Assembly: GCF_004010195.1 (NCBI RefSeq)
Contig: NC_057718.1
Location: 46,853,262 to 46,917,261, forward strand
Direction: 5' to 3'
Length of the DNA stretch: 64,000 bases
DNA from: Chiloscyllium plagiosum
Lineage: Eukaryota
In this document: positions 26,200 to 39,130 of the stretch, piece after piece
How the letters are laid out: each line of letters starts with the position of its first letter
Numbering within the stretch: position 1 is the first letter of the stretch
Position numbers and translations under genes: made by a program
The notes under the pieces: model-generated
What the model was told of the DNA's origin: nothing
The model's database searches: none
The model's input: the letters and a program-made list of their open reading frames with translations, nothing else

Positions 26200-27130
26200 A
26201 TACGGATCATAAAAAAAGATGGTTATGGTTGTCAGAGGTCCATCATCTCCAATCTAGGACATTTCTGCAGGAATTCCTCAAAGTCTTGACTTTCCCATTA
26301 CCAAATCATCTATGGTACCTTTTCAACTTATTAACCACTACCAATAAGTCAGTGAGGGAGAGGCAGGGAGAGGGAGAGAGGATTTAATCAAAATGGAGTT
26401 GGAAGGGAAGATAAAGCATTGACTCTGAAGAGATTTAAAGTAAGTTCCTCATGGTACTGTCTTGGGTCCAACATCAGCTAGTTCCCTCCAGTAGAAGGAC
26501 AGAAGTAGATGTGTTCACAAATGATTGGTGCTCATGCCAATTGAAACTCTTTGGATAGTGAAGCAGCCCATGTCTACATGCAATAAGACCTGGACAACAT
26601 TCAGGCTTGGTTTATTAAGTGGTAACAAACATTCATGCCACAAGATTATCAGGCAATGACTACCTTCAACAATAGATTCTCACCACTTTTGTTAGATATT
26701 CAACATGATTATCATCACTGAAGTCCCTCACCATCAGCATCTATGAGTTACCAGAAACTGTATGTACCAGTTACATAAATACTATGGCTGCACAAACAGA
26801 TCAGAGGTTGACAATTCTATGGTGAGTAAATCAACTCCCAATTTTCCAAAGCCCTTCCACCATCTTCGAGACACAAGCCAGGAGTGCGATGGAATGCATT
26901 CCATTTTCATGGAGGAGTGCAGCTCCAACAACACTCAAGAAGCTCAATACCTTCTAGGACAAAACAGCTTAGTTGACTGGCATCCCATCTACCAACTTAA
27001 ACGTTTACTTCTTGCAATGATGCAAGTTGTCTGCTGTGTGCGAGATTTGCAAGATGGCAAGGATCTTTTGACTGCACTTTCTAAACCTGTGACTTATATT
27101 ACCTTGATGACCAAAGGTTGGGAGTATTCC
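26200..27130 (+). mobile_element. Decayed CR1/L2-group LINE fragment
   Basis: Colinear similarity to 14460-15583. Confidence 0.6.
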
Positions 27131-29046
27131 CACTGAGTACTCCCATCAATCTTCAGTTTTTTATTTTTCAGATTTGCAGCAGTCATAACATATTACTTTT
27201 GTATTCCAATTACTCAAGACGTTGGTCTCCCATCTTCTATCCTCCATAAACTTGAGTCCATCCAAAACCTAACTGCCTCTGTCGTAATTTGTCCCAATTC
27301 TTATTCAGCTATCAAACCTGGTTCTCGCTGACATACATTGTGGGTCAAGCAACGTCTCAATTTTAACAGTCTCATCTTCATTTTCAACTCTTTTCATAGC
27401 CTTTTTCTTTCCCATCTCTGGAATCACATCCACAATGCCACAAAATGTCTATACTCATTCAAGTTTCGCCAGTTCAAAAATCTCAATTCTACATAGATCA
27501 CAGAATGTTACAGCGCAGCACAGGCCCTTTGGACCTAGATGTTGCGCCGACCTACAACGTCCATCTAATCTACAACGTTCCATTACTATCCATATGTATG
27601 TCCAATGCCCATTTAAATGCCTTTAAAGCGAGTCTACTAATGTTGCAGGCAAGCTTTTCCAACCCCCTACTACTCTCTGAGTAAAGTAATTATCTCTGAT
27701 ATCTGTGCTAAATCTATCACCCCTCAATTTAAAGCTATTTCCCCTCGTGTTAGCCATCACCATCAAAGGAAAAAGGTTTGTATTGTCCACCCTTTCTAAC
27801 TCTCTGATTATCTTATATGTCTCAATTAAGTCACCACTCAACCTTCTTCTCTCCAATGAAAACAGCTTCAGTTCCCTCAGCCTTTCCTCGTAAGACCTTC
27901 CCTTCCATACCAGGCAACATCCTACTAAATCTCCTCCGAACCTTTTCCAAAGCTTCCACATCCTTCCTATAATGCGGTGACCAGAGCTGCACGCAATATG
28001 CCAGGTGTGGCCTTACAAGTGTATTGTACAGCTGAAGCATGACCTCGTGGCTCTGAAACTCAATCCCCTTACCAATAAAGGCTAACATATGCCTTCTTAA
28101 CAATCCTATCAACCTGGGTGACAACTTTCAAGGATCCATGTACCTGGACACCGAGATCTCTCTGTTCATCTACACTGCCACGAATTTTACTCTGCCTTCC
28201 TGTTACTTCTTCCAAAGTGAACTACCTCACACTTTTCCATATTAAACTCCATTTGCCATTTCTCAGCACAGCTCTGCAACTTATCTCTGTCCCTCTGTAA
28301 CTCACATTTTTTGGCACTATCCACAACTCTGCCTACCTTAGTGTCATCCGCAAATTTACTAACCCATCCTTCTACGCCCACCTCCAGATCATTTATCAAA
28401 ATGACAAACAGTAGTAGCCCCAAAACAGATCCTTGCGGCACAATACTGGTAACTGAGCTCTAAGATGAACATTTCCCATCAATCACCACCCGCTGTCTTC
28501 TTTCAGCTAGCCAATTTCTGATCCAAACCGCTAAATCACCCTCAATCCCAAAATTCCTTATTTTGTGCAATAGCCTACCATGTGGAACCTATCAAACGCC
28601 TTACTGAAATCCATATACACAACATCAATCATTTTACCTTCATCCACCTGTTTGGTCAACTTCTTGAAGAACTCAATGAGGTTAGTGAGGCATGACCTAG
28701 CCTTCACAAAACAGTGTTGACTATCCCTAATTAAATTATTCCTTTCCAGATGATTATATATCCTCTCTGTTACAACCTTTTCCAAAACCTTACCCTCAAC
28801 CGAAGTAAGGCTCACTGGCCTATAATTACCAGGATTGTCCCAACTCCCCTTTCTAAACAAGGGAACAACATTTGCTATCCTCCAGTCTTCTGGCACTAGT
28901 CCTGTCAATAATGATGACATAAAGATCAAAGCCAAAGTCTCTGCCATCTCCTCCCTGGCTTCCCAGAGAATCCAAGGCATAAATCCCATCCGGCCAGGGT
29001 CTTATCTATTTTCAGATCTTCCAAAATTGCTAAAATCTCCTTATTG

Positions 29047-29234
29047 GAGAAAGTGAGGACTGCAGATGCTGGAGATCAGAGCTGAAAATGTGTTGCTGGA
29101 AAAGCGCAGCAGGTCAGGCAGCATCCAAGGAGCAGGAGAATTGACATTTCGGGCATGAGCCCTTCTTCAGGAATGAGCCCTCCTGCTCCTTGGATGCTGC
29201 CTGACCTGCTGCGCTTTTCCAGCAACACATTTTC
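29047..29234. mobile_element. Penelope-derived fold-back insertion within CR1
   Basis: 15-bp TSD AAAATCTCCTTATTG (29032-29046, 29235-29249); inverted arms; hammerhead core on the minus strand. Confidence 0.85.
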
Positions 29235-30699
29235 AAAATCTCCTTATTGTCAACCTCAATCCCATCTAATCTAGGAGCCTATATCTCCGTCTTCTCACTA
29301 ACACTGCTCTTTTCCAATGTGAATACTGATGAAAAGTATTCATTAAATGCTTCCCCTATGTCTTCAGATTCCACACACAACTTTCCACTACCATCTTTGA
29401 TTGGCCCTAATCTAACTCTAATCATATTTTTATTCCTGGTATACCTATAGAAGGCTTTAGGGTTTTCCTTGATCCTATCCGCCAACAATTTCTCATGTAC
29501 CCTCCTGGCTCTTCTTAGCCCATGCTTTAGATTTTTCTTCTGGCTAACTTATAAACCTCAAGTCCCCTAACTGAGCCATCACGCCTCATCCTCACATAAG
29601 CCTTCATCTTCTTCTTGACAAGAGCTTCAACTTCTTTAGTAAACCATGGTTCCCTCTCTTGACAAGTACCTCCCTGCCTGACAGGAATATACGTATCAAG
29701 GACTCACAGTGGCTGTTCCTTGAATATGCGCCACATTTCAAGAGTGTCCATCCCCTGCAGCTTCCTTCCCCATCCTATGCATCCTAAACCTTGCCTAATC
29801 ACATCACAATTGCCTTTCCCTGCAGTGTATACCTATCCCTGCCTATTGCTATTGTAAACATAACCGAATTATGGTCACTATTGCCAAAGTGGTTACCGAC
29901 CTCCAATTCTAACATGTGGCGGGGTTCATTCCTCAGTACCAAATCCATTATGGCATCGCCCCTTGTTAGCCTGTCTACATACTGTGTCAGAAAACCCTCC
30001 TGCACACGTTGAACAAAACCTGATCCATTTAAATTACTTGAACTATAGTATTCCCAGTCAATATTGGAGAAGTTAAAGTCCCCCATAACAACTACCCTGT
30101 TACTATCGCTCCTATTGAGAATCATCTTTGCTATCCTTTCCACTACATCCCTGGAACAAATTGGAGGCCTACAGAAAACTCCCAACAGGGTGGCTTCTCC
30201 TTTCCTGTTTCTAACCTCAGCCCAAACTATCTCAGTGGATGACTCCTCAAACGTTATCTCAGCTGCTGTAACACTACCCTGTGACACTAATAATGCCACA
30301 AGCCCCCACTTTTACCATCTTCTCTGTTCTTGCTGAAACATCTAAATCCCAGAATCTGTAACAACCATTCCTGTCCATCCTCTAGCCATGTCTCTGAAAC
30401 GGCCACAACATCAAAATCCCAGGTACCAACCCATGCTGCAAGTTCACCCATCTTATTCCGGATGCTCCTGGCATTGAAATACACACATTTCAAACCAACA
30501 TCCTGATTGTCAGTGCCCTCCCGCGACCTTGTAAACCTATCCCTGACCTCACTACCCTCAATCTCCTGTACACTGGAACTACAATTCAGGTTCCATTCCC
30601 CCTGCTGCATTAGCTTAAACCCTCCTGAATTGTATTAGCAAACTTCCCCCCCAAGAATATTGGTACCCCTCTGGTTCAAGTGAAGATGATCCTTTTTTT

Positions 30700-31017
30700 T
30701 TATTAGATTCCTTACAGTGCGGAAACAGACCCTTCGGCCCAACCAGTCCACACCGACCCTCAGAAGAGTAACCCACCCAGACCCATTTCCCTCTGACTAA
30801 TGCACCTGGCACTATGGGCAATTTGGAATGGCCAATTCACCTGATCTGCACATCTTTGGACTGTGGGAGGAAACCAGAGCACCCGGAGGAAACCCACACA
30901 GACACGGGGAGAATGTGCAAACTCCACACAGACAGTCACCCAAGGCTGGAATCAAACCTGGGACCCTGCTGCTGTGAGGCAGTAGTGCTAACCACTGAGC
31001 CACCATGCCACCCCGTG
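30700..31017 (-). mobile_element. tRNA-derived SINE nested in CR1 ORF1
   Basis: Full SINE head and core interrupting the SGNH-coding sequence. Confidence 0.88.
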
Positions 31018-31574
31018 TTTGTAAAGGTCCTACCTTCCCCAGAAAGAGCTCCAATTACCAAGAATTCAAAACCCTCCCTCCTGCACCATTCCTGCAGCCA
31101 CGTGTTCAGCTCCACTCTCTCCCTGTTCCTCGCTTCACTAGCACATGGCACGGGCAAGAAACCAGAGATAACAACTCTGTTTGTTCTAACTAAAAGCTTC
31201 CACCCTAGCTCCCCGAATATCTGCTTTAAATCCCCATGTCTCCTATCCATGTCATTGGTGCCTATGTGGACCATGACTTGGGGCTGCTCCCCCTCCACCT
31301 CAGTGATCCCCAAAACACAATCTGAGACATCACAAACCATGGCACCTGGGAGGCAACACACCAATCGTGAGTCTCTCTCGTTCTCACAAAACCTCCTATC
31401 TGTCCCCTAACTATGGAGTCTCCAATGACTGAAGCTTTGCTCCTCTTCTCCCTTCCCCTCTGAGCAACAAGGACAGACTCTGTGCCAGCGACCTGCGTCC
31501 CAGTGCTTACCCCTGGTAAGTCATCCTCCCCAACAGTATCCAAAATGGTATACTTGAGGGGAACCACCACAAGG

Positions 31575-31762
31575 AGATTAAAGTCAAAATTAGACTGGTG
31601 CCGGAAAAGCACAGCACGTCAGGCAGAGACCGAGGAGCAGGAAAATTGACATTTCGAGCAGGAGCCCTTAATTCCTGATGAAGGGATCCTGCCTGAAACA
31701 TCGATTTTCCTGTTCCTCGGATGCTGACTGACCTGCTCTGCTTTTCCAGCACCACTCTAATC
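31575..31762. mobile_element. Penelope-derived fold-back insertion (older)
   Basis: Inverted arms around CTGATGAAGGG..CCTGAAACATC. Confidence 0.75.
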
Positions 31763-33919
31763 TTGGTTCCCTTTCCAACCCTGACGGTAATCCATCTACC
31801 TTCTTCACATGGCTGTGGAGTAACTACCTCCCTGTGACTCCTCTCAATACCGCCCTCTGCCTCCTGAATGATCCGAAGTTCATCCAACTCCAGCTCCAGT
31901 TCCCTAAAATGGTTCTCAAGGAGCTGGAGTTGGGCGCACTTCCCACAAATGAAGTCAACAAGGACAATAGAGATGACCCTTACCTCCCACATATTGCAGG
32001 AGGAACATTCAACTGACCTAACCTCCAGTCCCGCTATTCTAATTTCCCAAATAGACTCTCTGAAAAAAAAACAAACGAAACATGAAAAAACTTGTCACCT
32101 TACCGACACACAGAACTTTTCTTTTGTTTAGAGGAGGAGGATGGGTGGGAGATATTACCCGAGTAGTGTTTCAGGTAAAGCAACCACCAAAATATATGAC
32201 CTCGTGACCTCTCCGACTACATCCAGGAACTGAAGAAAAAACAGAACTAAAAGAAATTTAAACCATATACTCACGTATCCCAACAGGCTCCGCTGCTCCC
32301 TGGAGACCTCGTGACCTCTCCAACTGCGACCAGGAACTCTGATCACTTCATAAGAAACTATGCCTTCAACTACCTTGGCTCTAAATACTGGAATTTCCTT
32401 GCTATACCTCTCTGCCTCTACCTCACTTTCTTTCTTTGACTCTACCTCTTTAACCATGGTTTTGGTTATCTGGCCAAATATCTCTTAAAGGGCTCTGTCA
32501 TTTTTAGCTCTCTAATGCATCTCTGAAGCATTCTGGGTTTTCAGCATGGGTGCTACAGTTCCAAATTCCACCCCAAAATGATTTTCGCATCTGACAAATG
32601 CAAAAAGTATGTTGGGAACAGAAACAGCCTCTCTCCATGGCATTTCTGGAATGACAAAGCCTTTCAACTCCAAACCTCAAGGTCCTTGTGAAGTTTCTGC
32701 TGAGATATGAATACCTTCACACTTTGCTGCCATCCTTTGCCTGCTTCATGATGATGTCAGCTGTGATTGTTAGCAACCAATCTATTACATCAATAATCAA
32801 TCTATTATTGATGTTAGGACTGAAGACAAAGTTGGATCAATTCTTCAAATCTTCTTTTCAGTCTTCCTAGCTGCTGTGCTCCATCTAACCAGGGACAAGT
32901 TCCCTACTGGGGATGATAAACTATTTAATCTTAGATCAATCCAATCAAAACCTAAGATCACCTTCAAACTTTGAGTTCTAAAGTGTTCATGATGCTGCAG
33001 TAAGAGCTATGTCAGAAAGGGATGTTCAGGGAATCATTGACTTATTTACTGAAGTGTATATGAAGATGGAACTCACGTTTTACTACATTTGGAAGTTATT
33101 TTCATAGAAGAAGTATGTTTGTGCCGCCTTTGGTCACCTGAGGAATATCCTACCAAGACCACCACAAACCTCAGGGACTCCTCAATTCAACCCACAGTGC
33201 ATTGCTCACATTCCAATAATCTCAAATCAATCAGAATTCATACCTAACATTCAAGTACTTCACCTCACACTTACACACACAGCAGTGCTGCAAGCCTCAT
33301 CCTTCAGTTGTACAAACTGTTAGATTTTCAACCATATCAGCCATATCACGCAAAGATGCACAGGAATGGATACAAGGTCACATGCAAAGTTGCATAATTC
33401 CTGGAAGGTTGTCAGGTGGGAGGAGATAGAAATGGCCAAAATGGTGCAAGGATTTGACTTTGAGGGTAAGAATTTTGAAATGGAGCTATTTGTGCTCTCG
33501 GACTGAATGCAGATCAAGCACCGGAGCAACTTCGGTTATGAAGGAGCTGAGTTTTGGAGGTGAAAAATAGGAAGTCAGTCAAAGATACAGAGGACATGTG
33601 GTGGTAAATATAAAAATATATATAAGTTAACGATATTATGGAGGCGAAAATAGGGTGTGTGGTAATGGGCAGAAATCCTGCTGGAAGCTCAGCTCATGTC
33701 AGGGAGGATGCCAGTGCAGTGAACACTCTGGTTCAGCCTGAGACAATAACCAAGGAGGGTGATTTAGTTATTAGGTAGGGAATACAATATGCAACAGAAG
33801 CCAAAGATAAGACTTTATACTTCGCATGGTTTAATTAGAGGTACTTTTGGTTCATGACTGAGTGCTGGATGTGCAATTTGGCAACTGTGAAAGGGTCAAG
33901 AAAGATAACAGCGTGATAG

Positions 33920-34180
33920 AAACAAAAACAGAAGTTGCTGGAGAAATTCAGCATGTCTGACAGCATCGGTGGAGAGAAAGCAGAGTTAGCGTTCTGAAGA
34001 AGGGTCACTGGATTAAAAATGTTACCTTTGCTTTCTCTCCACCGAAAGCAGGGGTAACATTTTTAATCCAGTGACCCTTCTTCAGAACACTAACAATGCT
34101 TTCTCTCCACAAAGATCTGCTGGGTTTATCCAGCATTTTCTATTCTTGTTTCAAATCTTCAGCATCCACAGTTCTTTGTT
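33920..34180. mobile_element. Second-family fold-back Penelope-like element with nested hairpin
   Basis: Near-perfect inner inverted repeat TTCTGAAGAAGGGTCACTGGATTAAAAATGTTAC / GTAACATTTTTAATCCAGTGACCCTTCTTCAGAA; relatives at ~21080-21165 and 54337-54430. Confidence 0.75.
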
Positions 34181-34369
34181 TGATTCTGGTGGTATAGCAG
34201 AGTTAGGTATTATCAGTATACATTGGCAATGAGTTTTCAGATGATTTTGTCCAGGAGCAGCAGGTAGATATGAAATAGGACAGACCAAATAGGATGAATT
34301 CAAAGGAGATTCAGCAGGTATAAAAAGGCTTTAACATAGTGAAAACATTTATGTGGGACATAGGATGCA

Positions 34370-35220
34370 TGTGGATGACACAGAATTGTGGTATTGTGGA
34401 CATTGAAGAAGGTTATTTAAGGGTACAATGGGTTCTTGATCAGTTGGGCTAGTGGGTTGACAAGTGGCAGATGGAGTTTAATGCAAGTAAATGTGAAATG
34501 TTGGTATGACAAACCAGGTCAGGACTTACACAGTTAATAGTAGGGCCTTGCAGAGTGTCATCAAACAGAGAACCTACATAGGCATCCTACATAGTTCCTT
34601 AAAAGTGGCATTACAGGTGCACAGGGTGTGAAGATGTCATTTAGGACAACTGCCTTCATTGGTCAGAGCATTGAATATAGGAGTTGAGACTTCATTTTGC
34701 AGCTGTACAAGACATTGATAAGGCCACTTTTGGAGTACTGCATACAGTATTGGAAAGGGTACAGAAAAGATTGACAAAAATGTTAGCAAAACTGGAGGAT
34801 TTGAGTTAAGTAAGGCTGGATACGCTGGGACTTTTTTTCCCCTGAAGTGTAGGAGATTGAGGGGTGACCTTATAAAGGTTTATAAAATCATGGCAGGTAT
34901 AGACATGTGAATAGCCAAGGTCTTTTCCTTTAGGTATTGGAGTCCAAAACTAGAGACCATAAGGTTTAAGGTGAGATGGGAAAGGTTTAAAGGGATCCAG
35001 TGTGGCAACTTTTTCACATGGGGTTATGCATATGGGGGATGAACTGCCAGAGGCAATGGTACAGGTGCTTACAATTACAACATTTAAAAGACATTTGGAC
35101 AGGTATATGGATAGGAAAGGCTGAGAGGGATATCGGTCAAATGCAGGCAAAAGGAACTGGTTTAGCTTGGATGATCGCATGGATGAAACAGATTGAAGGG
35201 CCTGTTTCTGTGACTTCAAT
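34370..35220 (+). mobile_element. Older CR1 3' fragment
   Basis: Diverged copy of the CR1 RT C-terminus and tail. Confidence 0.8.
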
Positions 35221-36524
35221 GGATCATTATCAGGTGAAATTTATAATGAACCATATTGAAATATTAGGACAAATAACCAAAACCTTGGCTGAAGAGACAG
35301 ATTTAAGGACCAACTTAAATGTAGAAAAATGCTACAGGGAAGTTTAAGGAGGAAATTTCAGAGCTTAGGATATAGGCATAAACACCAACAATGGAGCAGG
35401 GAAAACGGGTTGTCCAAGAAGGCAGAATTGGAGGTGTAGAGACCTTGAAGAGTTGTAGGGCAGGATGAGGTCACAGAGGGCCAGATCCCAGAGATAAAAG
35501 TGTAGAAAGAGAAACCATTATAATGGATGATTCTCTAGCTATGACTGGTCTAAATTCAATATTTCTTGCATAATACTCCCTTCCATTTTCAATTGATCTT
35601 TTAAAATTTCTCATCAAATTAAATAAAAACAGAGCAAAGATTAAGTGTTCAGTTTCAAATATACATTCAACACTGACAACACTCAGCGTATTAACTTAAA
35701 TGCAAAATTTTAAATGCAAAGCTTCACTTCAGTTCCTCACAGTAAACACTATATTTGAAAAAGGAAACATTTGATAACAGCTATTTCTGTGGCTCACAAT
35801 TCAGACTGGACAAAATAGGCGAATTGATTAACTATGCATTAATAAGTTGTGACCAGTCGGCAGACCAGGGAAGCAAATTAAACTATATATGGTCATACAC
35901 AACTAGATTAGTAACTCAAATTTATCCCTCAAGAATTATATGTTCACAACAAAAAAAAATCAATGTGAAGGACACAGATTGTGTTGCTAACGTATTGTTT
36001 TGCCAACACTGTCTGTCTATGGGTGAATGAACCCGTTGGTAAACCTTGTTTTGCCTATTTGAATGTAATACATGTATATGCTACCACTAAGGTAATTGTG
36101 TCGTGAACACATTTTATTACACTTTTAGAATAGCCATTTAAGACAAAGTTCATGGACAATATTTTAAACTGTCTCAAAATATCATACTTTGTTCTAACTT
36201 TATTGAAGTGACTTTAAAAAGCCACACAAAGGCTTATATTGGGCTATATAAAAACGAGAGCAAAACAAATGAGATATCAGGATCATTCATTCGGGTTTGC
36301 CGTTTCTCTAATCGACAAAACATTCAATGCCAAATTTATCAATTTTTAACCCAAGTGACGAATTTCTGGTCAGGAATTCTGTAATATATACTAAGTAAAT
36401 TCGATTCTGACCACCAAAAAATTTATAGTGTCCAAATCGCGTGCGTATTCCCACACTGAAAAATATGCGAAACACTTATGATAAAAGCACTATATATATA
36501 TAAGCTGTACAGGCAATCACTCAC

Positions 36525-36869
36525 CCGGGGTATAAATGCAGCTTTTCGTATACTCTCCTCCATCTCCTTCCCTCCTGGGTGTATTGTAGCCACATGCGCC
36601 CACATTCTTTGCCAAGTACGCTCATCAATCGGGAAACCACTTTTATTCACATAGAAAAGCACTCCACCATCTTTCTCGTCTTCATCTCCGGAAGATTTGC
36701 TGGCATTGTTACCCGAGGCTGTTACCGGGTTTGCACCTGTAGTGTTAGCAGCCTTTGATCTGGTTTGCTTGCCTACTTTAACACCAACGCTCTTGCCACT
36801 GACGCCTGTCATGCTGTTGTATCCTGTCCTCGGATTCCCTTTCGCTGCCCTTTTAAATACTATGCTCAT
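36525..36869 (-). CDS. VASH2: Vasohibin (VASH2-like tubulinyl-Tyr carboxypeptidase), first coding exon; alternative start at ATG 36812 (MTGVSG...)
   Basis: Translation ...[54 protein letters not shown] matches the remembered VASH2 N-terminus ([42 protein letters not shown]). Ends in phase 0 at donor CGG|GTGAGT (36524-36519). Confidence 0.93.
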
Positions 36870-37004
36870 CTACGTCGGATTCATCGCAGTGATATTAGTC
36901 TAATTGATTGCTTCCAGATTCCCTGAAATTGCTGCCTCAGCAAGCCCCATGCTGTCGGTCCGACTCTCCCCTGCCTGATGATAGCAGCAGCTTCATTTCG
37001 TTAC

Positions 37005-37155
37005 TCCGTTACCCAGCAGTCGGTAAGTTTCACTCGTCCGTATTGGCTGAGCCTGTGGGTAATGGGCGTGGCCACGGGTCATTTCTGCCATCTCATTGGC
37101 TGCTGCCATGGAATACAGCAACAGTAATAACATCTGCCACGATTCTATTGGCTAA
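37005..37155 (-). promoter_or_regulatory. Putative VASH promoter: three CCAAT boxes, a GC box and X-box-like motifs
   Basis: ATTGG on + at 37042, 37095 and 37147; GGGCGTGG at 37064; locally elevated CpG; directly upstream of the first coding exon. Confidence 0.65.
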
Positions 37156-38149
37156 CATCGCATTGTAGGGCAGGGCTAAGCGCGAATAAATCAAAATATA
37201 TTAAGCTCAGTCTCAAACCTCGATTGTGACCTCGCATTGTACAAGTGAACGGGAGCCAAGTCATCTATAACATATTGAGGGTCGCTCTGTGTTCTTTGCA
37301 GTGGGTCTGCGCTGCTGCCACCCGCTGGCTTCCTGTTTAATCGGAGAATCTAATTTTGTGCATATGGAAAATTGTATGTTCCCTTAGGTTTCAATATAAT
37401 ATGATACATAGCTCTTTATTAAAGAATCATCAAATCATTTAACTCATTTGCCAATTAGGAAATGTACTATCGCATCTTTGAGGACAAAATGGATGAATGG
37501 ATAGGACAAAAATCACGTTAAGATGCAATGACATGCTAATTAAATAGTTTGAGGAAATGGCTTCATGGCCCCCTGCAAGTAAAGTTGTTTTTATCGTACA
37601 AATTCCACCTAGATATTAATCGATATACGATGGTTGGAGGGGGACAAGAACGTGGGACAGCAAATAAACAACACTGTAACATTTGTTTCGAGTAAACACT
37701 TAGTTTAGAAAAGATTGAGCTAATTTGCATTTTTCCCTCTTAGTAATTCTGTAATATTTAGAAATGTCATGATACAGCACATGAGAAAATCTGTCAGCCT
37801 GTACCTAACGTTTTGCAAGAACTATCCTATTACCCTACTCATGCCCGTGTCTTACCCTTCAAGTAATTATTGATTTTCGTTGTATGCATTAGTAAAGTTG
37901 GGGTCATGGCTAAAACATTTGCTGATGAAACGAAAAATGGCCCTGTGCTTTGGTGAGGAAGAATGCTTTAGACTGCAACAAGATACCATTGTACCTGCAA
38001 AGTTAACAGAAAAATGGCAACTAAAATTTAATCCAGACAAGAATGGGTTTATGCATTTGGGGATGGAAAACAAGGCAAAAGAATACATAATAAATAACCA
38101 GAAACACCACTGAAGACACACAATATCTTTGTCACCAAGATTGGAAATA

Positions 38150-39130
38150 TTCAAGCAGTTAACTCTGTGACTGTCACTAAGCCAAACTGTCCCTGCTCAT
38201 CCTTCTTGACCTATCTGCAACGATTGATTCAGTTGACCACACCATTCTCCTCCAATATCCCTCTACCCAGCTGAAAGTGACTACTTTCACACTCATATCT
38301 ACCTAAATTATAGCCAAGGATCTATTTTTGACACATCCCCTCTCCATTCCTGCATGCTGCCTCTCAGAAGCAGCATCCAAAAGCACAGTGTTAGTTTTTA
38401 CATGTACACTAATGACGATCAGGTCTACCTTACCGCCATCCCTTTGGACTACATTGTCACTAAATTATCAGCTTGCTAACCTGACATCAAGCTCTGGATG
38501 AGCAGAGATTTCTTTCAACTGAGAGGCCTGAAATCATTTCATACAGTCCACACTCCAGAATTAGTCTCCTAGTTACTGACTTTCTTGTTATTCCCCAGAA
38601 AAAGACCAAAATAAAGATACCCCACTCATGTAACACTGGGATAAGCTTCTGAGTTCATATTTGTCCCATTACAAAGACTGCCTATTTCCACCTTTATAAC
38701 ATTGCCCCCATTCACTCTTTTCTCAAATCATCTGCTACACAGAGATCTTCATTCATGCTCTAATTATTTCTGGACTTGACTATTCCAACACATCCTGGCT
38801 GGTTTTACAACCTACCTTCTGTAAACTTGAGGTCATCCGAAACTTTACTGCCAAGTCATAACTTGCATGAAGTCACGTTCAATCATCATCTTTATACTTA
38901 CTGGCCTACAGTGGTTCCTGGGCATATAATGTCTTGAGTTTAAAATTCTCATCAACGCTTTCAAATCCTTCCATTGCCTAACCACTCCTCCCCATCCCTG
39001 TAAGTTGTTCCAGCTCCTAGCCTCCAAAATATCCATGCTCCTGTAGACCTGGTGTCCAGAGTCCGCTGATTTTAATCCCTCCAGCATTTTTGGTTTTGCT
39101 TTCTGTTGTCTAGGCTCTGAGCTCTGGAAT
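38150..39130 (+). mobile_element. Decayed L2 LINE RT fragment
   Basis: LILLDLSATIDSVDHTILL, MYTNDDQVYL, HALIISGLDYSN-like L2 motifs. Confidence 0.7.

Larger units (their letters stand above)
27490..32340 (-). mobile_element. Near full-length CR1 LINE (ORF1 with CxxC/coiled coil and SGNH esterase; ORF2 APE endonuclease-RT), inactivated
   Basis: ORF1: FICGKCAQLQLLE.., VIGDSIVRG, VHIGTND. EN: YFNARSI, VSETWL, MGDFNF, SDHN. RT: NYRPVSLTS, MDFSKAFD, PQGSVLG, FADDTK. Many stops and frameshifts; three nested insertions. Confidence 0.93.

Noticed and set aside
36697..37168. Plus-strand ORFs and a CG|GTAAGT donor at 37023 suggesting an antisense gene
   Set aside because: No recognisable protein, explained as the antisense of the VASH exon and promoter; a single donor motif is insufficient.
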